A stretch of 22,826 nt of DNA from Candidatus Eiseniibacteriota bacterium (lineage in GTDB: Bacteria > Eisenbacteria > RBG-16-71-46): positions 1 through 22,826 of the forward strand of contig JANLWX010000098.1 in assembly GCA_031364845.1 (NCBI GenBank), read 5' to 3'. The notes under the pieces were generated by a model. It searched no databases. It was not told the DNA's origin and saw only the letters and a program-made list of their open reading frames with translations. This document shows positions 1 through 7,449 of the stretch, one piece after another. How positions within the stretch are numbered: the stretch's first letter is position 1; each line of letters begins with the position of its first letter. The position numbers were made by a program, and so were the translations under genes.

Positions 1-1
1 C

Positions 2-514
2 CTCGACTGGACCGAGAACTATCCCAATCAGCCGCAATATCCGTTGTCCAACGCGCGCGTCTACATCGAGGGGCCCGGCGACATCATCCACTTCCGGCTC
101 GACACCAATACGAATGTCGATGGTTGGATCCCGGCTGCGAATGCGGTCGTGACCGATCAGCCCGCGCCAGCGGGGTTCGATTACGAAGTGATCGGCAGCG
201 CCCCCGAGACCGGATCGTGGAACTTCGGAGTGCCGGCCCCATTGGTCGGAACCCACCTCGTCGCCCAAACCGTGATCGCCACTCCCGGAGTGTATGAGTT
301 CAAGTTCCGGGTGGTTGGGACGTGGGACATCTGCAACTACGGCGCGCGCTACAACATGCTGATCAGCGACAACTTCACCTACACCACGTCAAAGCCGAAT
401 TCAGAGGTGCGCTTCGAATTCGACCTCGAAACCGGTCGCGGGCGCGCGGCGGAGTTCGATTCGACGCCGGCGCGCTCGACCACGTGGGGCAGGCTGAAAC
501 AGATCTATCGTTGA
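2..514 (+). CDS. 5'-truncated secreted protein with a starch-binding-like beta-sandwich (X25/SusE-like) and a C-terminal TWGRLKQIYR motif
   Basis: Frame is open from nt 2 (LDWTENYPNQPQYPLSNARV...) to TGA at 512-514. The motif string VIGS..ETGSW...PGVYEFKF..GTWD..G...V.FEFD resembles alpha-glucan-binding modules. Ends STPARSTTWGRLKQIYR. Confidence 0.75.
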   Translation, partial: LDWTENYPNQPQYPLSNARVYIEGPGDIIHFRLDTNTNVDGWIPAANAVVTDQPAPAGFDYEVIGSAPETGSWNFGVPAPLVGTHLVAQTVIATPGVYEFKFRVVGTWDICNYGARYNMLISDNFTYTTSKPNSEVRFEFDLETGRGRAAEFDSTPARSTTWGRLKQIYR

Positions 515-581
515 CGACGCGCGGTGATGCCCCGGGCCGGTTCGATTTCGCCCCTCGGCTTCAGGCCTGTGGCAACGCTCA

Positions 582-2348
582 TCATTCGAGCACCACGAAA
601 CGCGTTCCGAACACACCTTCGGCGGCCTGGACCCGCAGAAAGTAGAGCGCCGGACGCAGTGGCGCTACAGCGTTGCTCGAGACAGGAACTTCGTGCAGGC
701 CCGCCGGTGCGTGGGATTCCACGAACACGGTCCGAATGCGTCGCCCGGACGCATCGAACAGATCGACGCGCAGATCGCCTTCTCGAGCAGTCACCACCCG
801 GACGATTGAGTGCGAGCGAACCGGATTCGGAACCACACTCGCCCGCAACGCCGGTGTTTCATCGGTAACGCCGAGGGGTGCCCGCACGAAGACCGAGGAT
901 ATCCTTCGGATCATCCCGTCTTCCTTCGTCGTGACGTAGAGAACGCCTTCTGCGTCCATGGCGATCCGCAGATCGGTACGATACAGGGTCGGGTCATTGA
1001 GCCTGGCACGCACGATGTCGAGCATCGTCTTCGACTGACCCTGATACTGGAATCGAAGCTCATAAACCGGAGCCACCGTCGCCGGATTCCCATCGTCCGC
1101 AGCTTCGAGCGGGTCCAGATAGGAATAGAACATCTGTCCGGTCACGATGTCTCCGAAGATGAACTTCCCCTGCAAGCCCGGGATCGCGGCCGCGCGATAC
1201 GCCACCCCGCCGGCGATCCCGCACTGGGTATCCGTTCCATGGACCGGGAATCGGACGACGTCGTGATCGAACTGCGCGACGGGATACGTGTAGCCGAGCG
1301 AGGCGTCATTCGCAGGCAGCGGTAGAGTGACCCTCCAGTCGACCGCAGGGTCGATGGCGTAGGTCCCCTCGCGGTAGGGCCAGCCGTAGTTGCGCCCGGG
1401 TACGAGACGATCAACTTCCTCGATGTTCTTGCCCCCGATATCGGTGGCGTACAAAGTCTCGTTGTGGCCGATGTCCCATTGGACTCGATGTGCGTTGCGA
1501 TGACCATACGTGTAGATCTCTCCCAGCGCTCCCGGCGTATTCACGAACGGATTCGACGCAGGAATTCCGTAGGCAAAGGTCGTCCCGTTGCGCACGAAAG
1601 GCGTGCCGAGCGGGTCGATACGCAGGATGCATCCATAGATCGTGTCCAGGCGCTGAAGCTGGCCCGGCATGCCCGAATCCACACTTCCGTAATCACCGTT
1701 GGGGATGTAGAGCAACCCATAGTCCTCGTCGCCGGGCACCGCATTCGGATTGAATTCGATGATTCCGAGGTTGTGATAGACGTTCAAGGCTGCGACCCGC
1801 ATCAACTCCCGTGACGTTCCGGTGAACGTGTCGGCTGCCGGGTTCGTCGCGTGCCACTCGGTGAGGATCGTGTGATGCACGGCGGGGGCAGCGATCGCGG
1901 GGACGAAGTTGGCCGGCCGGGTGCCGAGGGACTCCGTATGAACGGTGTAGAACAGCCCGTTGGACGCGAACCCTGGATGAAAAGCGAAGCTGACCAGGCC
2001 GGTCGCGAGCCCGCTCCTGCGCTTGAACTTGGGAACCAAAGTGCGGAAATCCATGTACGTCTGCACCGTGGTTCCCTGGATGACCTGGATCGGACCATTG
2101 AGGTCCGAGGCCCACCGCTTTCCACCACCGCCGGGGACGCTGCGCAAGACGTTCACACGAGCGAGCGGCGGCGCGACCGGGCTTGCCGTCGTGGGCAACT
2201 GGAGGACGTCCTCGATTACGGCCGTCAATCCCTGGTCGTAGATCGGACCGGTCAAGTCTCCGGCATATGTAGATGTAGAACCGATGACGGTCAATCCGAC
2301 GACCGCGAAGCCGCGAGCCAGCAGAGCAGAGACTGAGCGCATGTCCAT
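582..2348 (-). CDS. Secreted PQQ-dependent glucose/sorbosone (aldose sugar) dehydrogenase family protein with a T9SS type-A-like C-terminal domain
   Basis: ATG at 2348 follows GGAGG, then a signal peptide ending TYA/G. GSDH motifs: GLVSFAFHPGF..NGLFY, G.ILRIDP, IPASNPF, EIYTYGHRNAHR, EEVD...GRNYGWP..EG, G.FIFGD. C-terminus VVPNPV...DLFDASGRRIRT...LYFLRV...RFVVLE. Confidence 0.88.
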   Translation of the reverse strand: MDMRSVSALLARGFAVVGLTVIGSTSTYAGDLTGPIYDQGLTAVIEDVLQLPTTASPVAPPLARVNVLRSVPGGGGKRWASDLNGPIQVIQGTTVQTYMDFRTLVPKFKRRSGLATGLVSFAFHPGFASNGLFYTVHTESLGTRPANFVPAIAAPAVHHTILTEWHATNPAADTFTGTSRELMRVAALNVYHNLGIIEFNPNAVPGDEDYGLLYIPNGDYGSVDSGMPGQLQRLDTIYGCILRIDPLGTPFVRNGTTFAYGIPASNPFVNTPGALGEIYTYGHRNAHRVQWDIGHNETLYATDIGGKNIEEVDRLVPGRNYGWPYREGTYAIDPAVDWRVTLPLPANDASLGYTYPVAQFDHDVVRFPVHGTDTQCGIAGGVAYRAAAIPGLQGKFIFGDIVTGQMFYSYLDPLEAADDGNPATVAPVYELRFQYQGQSKTMLDIVRARLNDPTLYRTDLRIAMDAEGVLYVTTKEDGMIRRISSVFVRAPLGVTDETPALRASVVPNPVRSHSIVRVVTAREGDLRVDLFDASGRRIRTVFVESHAPAGLHEVPVSSNAVAPLRPALYFLRVQAAEGVFGTRFVVLE

Positions 2349-2377
2349 ATGCGTGACCTCCGGCAAGTTCCTGCGCG

Positions 2378-2420
2378 TCGCGGGCCCCCTTCTCTTCAGA
2401 AGAGGGCCCGCGATGTTTTT
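2378..2420. terminator. Intergenic stem-loop; the U-tract is on the + strand only
   Basis: TCGCGGGCCC-C-CTTCT [CTTC] AGAAG-A-GGGCCCGCGA followed by TGTTTTT on +. Confidence 0.6.
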
Positions 2421-2436
2421 CGTAGCGAATGGCGAA

Positions 2437-5001
2437 CTACTGCGTGACGATCATCCGCCGCGTCAGCCGTTCCCCGCCCATCGCGAGTTCATAGACGTAC
2501 ACACCGCTCGGCAGGCGTTTGCCCGAAGACAGATCCCGTCCATTCCACGCGACTTCGTGCGGACCCGACTCCAGCGCGCGATCGACCAGCGTAGAGACGC
2601 GGCGGCCGGTGACGTCGAACACGTACAGCGTGACGTGTCCCGACCGCTTGAGGTCGAAGCGGATCGACATCCGCGCCGACGCGGGATTCGGATAGCTCTG
2701 GCGCAGCACGCCGAAGCTCGAGATCGCATCCGCGGGATTCGGCACCCACGGCACATCGACCAGGTCCTGGCAGTTGTTGAACAGATCCACGTTGCGCACC
2801 ATCGGAACCGCGACCGAATTCGCGACGTCGTTGAGCGAGAAGAAGCGGTCGCCGAAGCCTTCGCACTCGAATCCGTTGTTCGTGAAGGTGTTGAGCCAGT
2901 ACTTGAAGTTCACGCTGAGTCCGGTCGAATCCGGGAACACGAGCGTGCGCGTGAACACGCCGTCACCCGCGCTCGCATCGGGCGGCGTCCCGTTGTTGAG
3001 CAGTCGCGAAGCGGCCTTCACCGGACGATCGGCATTCATCGGGAACGCGTGCGCGGCACTGGTGACGCGCGGCGAGTGGCTGCCCATCACGGCGACCGTG
3101 TCGCTCGCCGACGGCAGCGGCGTGACCGAGCCCATCTGCACCCGGAACGTGACCGCGACCGCCTTGTCCGAGATCTGGCAGCGGTTCACTCCGCGCGCCG
3201 GCAGCGTGATCGGCCCGCCCGCGCCGCCCACGGTGTCGAACACCGCGTCGTTCAGGAACACGCCGCGATTGTCCTGGCCGAGACACTCATAGACCGTGTC
3301 CACGCCCGCGCTGTCGTAGGCGACCTTCCACCCGATGTTCTTGGGAGTGCAGCGTGGAAACCGCACGCGTGCCGTGTAGATCTTGTCGCCCGAGGTCTGG
3401 TCGGGGAACACGCCGTTGTCAGCCATCACCACGCCCGGCAGGTTGAACGTGAGCGGCAGTGAGCTGCCGACCAGCCACACCTTGGTCGCGCCGACCACGT
3501 ACGGCGAGGCGGCATTGACCTTGAAGATCACATCGATCGGCTTGGTCGTGAAGTCCGCGACCTGGTCGTTGCTCCACGTGCCCGACAGCGTGCGCGTGGC
3601 GCCGCTATCGCTGCTCATGTGATAGGTGCGGTTGCTGCCGGCTTCGTACTGATCCACGCCCGGAGTGTGGCTGAACTTGTACTCGAGATCGGCCTCGGCC
3701 TTGCCTGTGATGCGGCTCTTCACGAGTCCGAACGGCACCGTCGCGGTGTAGATCGAGTCGAGGTTCGCATCCAGCATGCGGGCGTTGTCGCCGACCGAGA
3801 ACGTGAGCGGCGAGATCGATCCTTCGACGTAGAAGCTGTCGTTGGCGGCGAACTCACCCTTGCACAGCCGCAGCTTCACGTTGTTTTCGAAGTTCAGGTT
3901 CTGGATGAAGAACGAGCCCACGTTGGTGGTGCCATTGGCGACGATCGTGTTGCCCGCGATCGAACCGTCCTTCACGCCGGTGACGGTGATGTTGTTGAAC
4001 GCGGCGTTCGCCGAGATCGCCGAATTGAGCACCAGGTGTACGAGGCTCGTGTTCGCGCCATCGCGCAGGGCGCTGATGATGGTGCGGCTGACCGGTCCGG
4101 TGAACACATAATTGGCTTCGACCTCGGACGTCGTGAGGTCGACCGGCTCATCGAACAGCACGTCGATCTTCGTGGTCGCGGGAACGAACGTCTTGTTCGG
4201 GTTGAGCGTGAAGTTGACGGCGTTCGCCTGCACCACGGTGGGTGCGGTGTTGTCGACCGCGTTCTGGATCGTATACGGCAGCATGCACGTCATCTGCACC
4301 ACGGCGGCGGTGTCGAACGTGGTTCCCGACGGACGCGACATCTGGATCGCGTCACTGCATAGCGCGTCGAGCGGTCCCTTGGTGGCGCCGTTCTGCGTGA
4401 CCCAGGTCTCGAGGTTGATCACGTTGCCCGCGACCACGCGCAGCGCGGTCAGCGGGATGCGCAACTCCACGAAGCGTGAGGTGTTGGTCGCGTTGAGTGC
4501 GTTGCTGCCGGCACCCGCGGGGTTGATCAACGTGGTGCTGTCGATCCACGCCGTGCCGTTCCACTTGTAGAAGATCTCGTAGTTGAATCCGTTCTCCTCG
4601 ATGTAGATGTAGGCGTCCGGCTTGTTGGTGAGGCCGGTCCAGCCGATCTTGCGGGTGAACGGATCGTCGACGCCGCCGGCCGGTGTGTTCTTCACGTCGA
4701 ACGCGAGGCCGAGCTGAACGGTCGGGCTCGAGAAGCAGTCCTCGAAGTAGTCCCATCCGATATAGAGATAGTTCGCGTCGTTGGTGATGAACACGCGCCC
4801 GATGTCGAGCGTCGAGTCGTTCGCCGCGTCGTCGGTGCACCAGTCCTTGATCTCGGTGTCGCCGCGATCGTCCTGAAGAAGGTTCGCGGGATTGAAATCG
4901 TTTACACCGTCGACCGTGATGGTCTGCGGAACGAAGGCGAAGGCGGTGCCAGCCACCGCCATCAACCCGGTCGTGAGAAGCAGAGCTCGAAGCCATTTCA
5001 T
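2437..5001 (-). CDS. Secreted, apparently non-catalytic multidomain protein: DOMON/glucodextranase-like domain, Ig-like domain, three CBM20-like repeats with choice-of-anchor-X-like loops, FlgD-Ig/T9SS-like CTD
   Basis: GGGAGA RBS and signal peptide ending AFA/F. N-terminal ITVDG..DF...LDIGRVFITNDANYLYIG. Repeats V.F.V...V.(V/L).GS..L end in YEAGSNR / YECLGQDNR / FECEGFGDR. Loops DNGVFPDQTSGDKIYT and NNGTPPDASAGDGVFT. CTD QSYPNP...VFDVTGRRV..L...WNGRD..G..LPSGVY. Confidence 0.85.
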   Translation of the reverse strand: MKWLRALLLTTGLMAVAGTAFAFVPQTITVDGVNDFNPANLLQDDRGDTEIKDWCTDDAANDSTLDIGRVFITNDANYLYIGWDYFEDCFSSPTVQLGLAFDVKNTPAGGVDDPFTRKIGWTGLTNKPDAYIYIEENGFNYEIFYKWNGTAWIDSTTLINPAGAGSNALNATNTSRFVELRIPLTALRVVAGNVINLETWVTQNGATKGPLDALCSDAIQMSRPSGTTFDTAAVVQMTCMLPYTIQNAVDNTAPTVVQANAVNFTLNPNKTFVPATTKIDVLFDEPVDLTTSEVEANYVFTGPVSRTIISALRDGANTSLVHLVLNSAISANAAFNNITVTGVKDGSIAGNTIVANGTTNVGSFFIQNLNFENNVKLRLCKGEFAANDSFYVEGSISPLTFSVGDNARMLDANLDSIYTATVPFGLVKSRITGKAEADLEYKFSHTPGVDQYEAGSNRTYHMSSDSGATRTLSGTWSNDQVADFTTKPIDVIFKVNAASPYVVGATKVWLVGSSLPLTFNLPGVVMADNGVFPDQTSGDKIYTARVRFPRCTPKNIGWKVAYDSAGVDTVYECLGQDNRGVFLNDAVFDTVGGAGGPITLPARGVNRCQISDKAVAVTFRVQMGSVTPLPSASDTVAVMGSHSPRVTSAAHAFPMNADRPVKAASRLLNNGTPPDASAGDGVFTRTLVFPDSTGLSVNFKYWLNTFTNNGFECEGFGDRFFSLNDVANSVAVPMVRNVDLFNNCQDLVDVPWVPNPADAISSFGVLRQSYPNPASARMSIRFDLKRSGHVTLYVFDVTGRRVSTLVDRALESGPHEVAWNGRDLSSGKRLPSGVYVYELAMGGERLTRRMIVTQ

Positions 5002-5048
5002 GACACGAAGTCTCCCGGAAAAAGGAACGTTGGCGCAGGAATCGCAGT

Positions 5049-5075
5049 TTTCAGACGGATCAGATCCTTCTGAAA
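5049..5075. promoter_or_regulatory. 27-bp near-perfect palindrome (operator or 5'-UTR hairpin of the leftward transcript)
   Basis: TTTCAGA-C-GGATC-A-GATCC-T-TCTGAAA, centred on 5062, with one mismatched pair. Confidence 0.5.
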
Positions 5076-5107
5076 GAACTCATGACGTTTGCCGTCGGAG
5101 TATTTCT

Positions 5108-5117
5108 GAAACGATTC
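5108..5117. promoter_or_regulatory. Candidate LacI-family operator overlapping the -10/+1 of the leftward promoter
   Basis: GAAA-CG-ATTC is an imperfect palindrome around a central CG, the LacI-family pattern. Confidence 0.35.
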
Positions 5118-5142
5118 TAAGCCTCTGCGATCACGCGATCAA
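5114..5142 (-). promoter_or_regulatory. Sigma70-type promoter for the leftward unit
   Basis: Minus strand TTGATC-N17-TAGAAT (-35 at 5137-5142, -10 at 5114-5119). Confidence 0.65.
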
Positions 5143-5162
5143 CGTCCACTTTAGCCACCGAC

Positions 5163-5191
5163 TTGACGCCCAGCGGACCCCGCGTCATTCT
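5163..5191 (+). promoter_or_regulatory. Sigma70-type promoter for the rightward operon
   Basis: TTGACG-N17-CATTCT, 48 nt upstream of ATG 5240. Confidence 0.55.
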
Positions 5192-5239
5192 GCGCCTCAC
5201 TCCACGGTTTTCTGTCCACAAGACGACCCTGAAGGGACC

Positions 5240-6523
5240 ATGCTGTCCCGCCTCTTCATCACGACGCTCCTGACCTCGCTGCTGATCGCGCCGTCCTGGG
5301 CCGCCACGGCTCGCGACCTGCGCCCACGCATGGTGCTCGACGGCTACACCACCGACTTCGCGGCCGACGAGCGTATCTTCAGCTATAACACGGAGCTGGA
5401 GGAGAATCAGGAGCCGACCAACGACTCCGTCTGGGGCGTGAGCAACGACCTGAACCAGATCCGGATCACCTGGGACGCCCGCTACCTCTACCTCGCGGGC
5501 GAAGGACGGATCTGGGACAACAACATGATCCTCTTCATCGACAGCAGCCCGGGGCTGGGTCTGGGAGCGATGGACAGCCTCAACTCGTGGCGGCGCAACT
5601 TCTCGTTCGACACCACCGGGTCCAGCCAGGGCAACGGCTTCGCCCCCGACCTGTTCGGGGCGACCTGGGACGGCAACAACACCGGTCCCCACCTGATCCT
5701 CCAGGAAACCGGCCAGCGGGTGCGGGACTTCCAGATCAGCGACGGGTTCCACTCGGGGGCGGCGACCTTCGCCCAGGACAACGCCGGGCGCGCGGTGGAG
5801 CTGGCGATCCCGTGGAAGACCGTGTTCCTGGGTCCGGTCGGCTATGGCACCCGCGACACGGTGCTCAGCACCGCGGGACTCACCGACACCGTGAGCATCT
5901 TCCCGCGCGGAGCCCGCCTCAAGATCGTCGGCGTGGTGACGGCCGGAGCCGACGGAAGCGGCGGCCCCGACTCGGCCCCCGACAACACGCGCGGGCACTC
6001 GAGCAACTCGGGCGACCCGGTCTACATCGACAACTGGGCGACGATCGAGCTCGACCGTAACGACGACACGGGCTTGGGCGCCGGCGGCCCCGACGGCGTC
6101 GCCGACTGGGGTGTGGATCCGGTGACGCGCGTGAGCTTCCGCTTCGCCCCGCCGGTCGATCCGGTCTCGCTGCGCTTCACGATCAAGGAGCTGAATCTCG
6201 ATCGCCCGGCGTTCCGTCCCGACCTGGGCGAGCGCATCCACTTCTCGACCGTGCTCGACCCGGCACCCGATCCGGGCAATCCGTTCCACCAGATCGGCAC
6301 GCTGCGCTTCACGGCGAACATCTACGACCTGCGCGGACGCTTCATCCGCAATCTGTACGTGAACGTGAACCGCCCGGTGCTGAACCTGACCGACGCGGTC
6401 GCCGACGTGTGGGACGGCCGCGATCAGCAGGGCCGTCCGGTCGCGGCCGGCGCCTACGTGCTGCGCACCGTGATCGAGCCCAACATCAGCCGCTTCACGC
6501 GCTCATTCGTGGTGGTCCGATGA
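5240..6523 (+). CDS. Secreted DOMON/glucodextranase-like carbohydrate-binding protein with FlgD-Ig-type CTD (427 aa)
   Basis: ATG 5240 follows GAAGGGA; signal peptide MLSRLFITTLLTSLLIAPSWA. Contains VLDG..TDF...NDLNQIRITWDARYLYLA...LFIDS...VELAIPW. CTD NIYDLRGRFIRNL...VWDGRDQQGRPVAAGAYVLR. Confidence 0.82.
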   Translation: MLSRLFITTLLTSLLIAPSWAATARDLRPRMVLDGYTTDFAADERIFSYNTELEENQEPTNDSVWGVSNDLNQIRITWDARYLYLAGEGRIWDNNMILFIDSSPGLGLGAMDSLNSWRRNFSFDTTGSSQGNGFAPDLFGATWDGNNTGPHLILQETGQRVRDFQISDGFHSGAATFAQDNAGRAVELAIPWKTVFLGPVGYGTRDTVLSTAGLTDTVSIFPRGARLKIVGVVTAGADGSGGPDSAPDNTRGHSSNSGDPVYIDNWATIELDRNDDTGLGAGGPDGVADWGVDPVTRVSFRFAPPVDPVSLRFTIKELNLDRPAFRPDLGERIHFSTVLDPAPDPGNPFHQIGTLRFTANIYDLRGRFIRNLYVNVNRPVLNLTDAVADVWDGRDQQGRPVAAGAYVLRTVIEPNISRFTRSFVVVR

Positions 6524-7449
6524 TGCGATCCCGCCTGTTCGCCGCCGCGGTGGTACTCGTGATCGCGGCCCCCGCGCACGCGTACTTCGAGGAGACCGCC
6601 GCCGGCGCGCGCGGGGTGGCACTCGGCTCGGCGGCCCTCGGCGTGATCGACGACGCCTCGGCCTACTACTGGAATCCGGCGGCGCTGTCGGCGATCAAGC
6701 GCTACGAAGTGGTCGCCGACTTCGCGAAGCCTTACGGAATCCCGGATCTCAACGTCGGCACGCTCGCGGTGGCGGGACGCGCCTACGGAACCGGCTGGGC
6801 GGTCGCCTGGCACCGGCTCGCGATCGGGAGCGCTTACAGCGAGGACCTGTTCCATCTCGCGGCCGGACGGCGCGTGCTCGAGACTTCGAAGGGCCATGCG
6901 CTCAGCGCCGGGGCAACCTACAAGCTCGGGCGCATCGGCTTCGCCCCGTTCGACAACCCGGACTCGGGCACGGAACTCGACCTGGGATCGCAGGCCAAGG
7001 GCTCGGTCGATCTCGCGCTCAAATGGACGACGCCGTGGCGGCTCGACTTCTCGTGGGTGGGCCGCAACCTGATCGAGCCGACCTACCAGTTCGTCGAAGG
7101 CACCGGCGGCGACGCCGCCGAGCGCCGCCAGGAAGTGGCCGCAGCACTGCGCTGGAACCGCGAGTCGGTCGCGACGGTCGGCTGGTCGCAGCAGGAACTC
7201 GGCCCCGCGACGTTCAACGCGGGCATCGAGATCCTGTTCTACGACGTGTTCTCGATCCGCTCCGGAGTGTCCAACCTGTCCGAGATCTACAAGTCGTACG
7301 GCTCGCCGAACGATCTTCAGTACAACGGCGGCTTCGGCGTGTTCCACAAGGGCTACTTCGTCGATGTCGCAGCGACGACCAACCACGACCTCGGCGCGTC
7401 GTACCGCGTGACGCTGCGGCTTCCGTTCGGAAGTGAGGCGCGTCCGTGA
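6520..7449 (+). CDS. PorV/PorQ-like (FadL-fold) outer-membrane beta-barrel (309 aa)
   Basis: ATGA overlap with the upstream stop. Signal peptide ending AHA/Y. N-terminal GARGVALGSA..GV.DDASAYYWNPAAL motif, amphipathic strands, and terminal LGASYRVTLRLPF. Confidence 0.78.
   Translation: MMRSRLFAAAVVLVIAAPAHAYFEETAAGARGVALGSAALGVIDDASAYYWNPAALSAIKRYEVVADFAKPYGIPDLNVGTLAVAGRAYGTGWAVAWHRLAIGSAYSEDLFHLAAGRRVLETSKGHALSAGATYKLGRIGFAPFDNPDSGTELDLGSQAKGSVDLALKWTTPWRLDFSWVGRNLIEPTYQFVEGTGGDAAERRQEVAAALRWNRESVATVGWSQQELGPATFNAGIEILFYDVFSIRSGVSNLSEIYKSYGSPNDLQYNGGFGVFHKGYFVDVAATTNHDLGASYRVTLRLPFGSEARP

Noticed and set aside
515..581. Terminator between the convergent first two genes
   Set aside because: No convincing stem plus U-tract was found on either strand.
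4892..5239. N-terminal extensions in the ORF track (starts 4892, 6409, 8666, 12323, 13042, 20486, 20934)
   Set aside because: They overlap neighbouring genes or promoters. Signal peptides, RBSs and stop/start overlaps point to the shorter starts used here.
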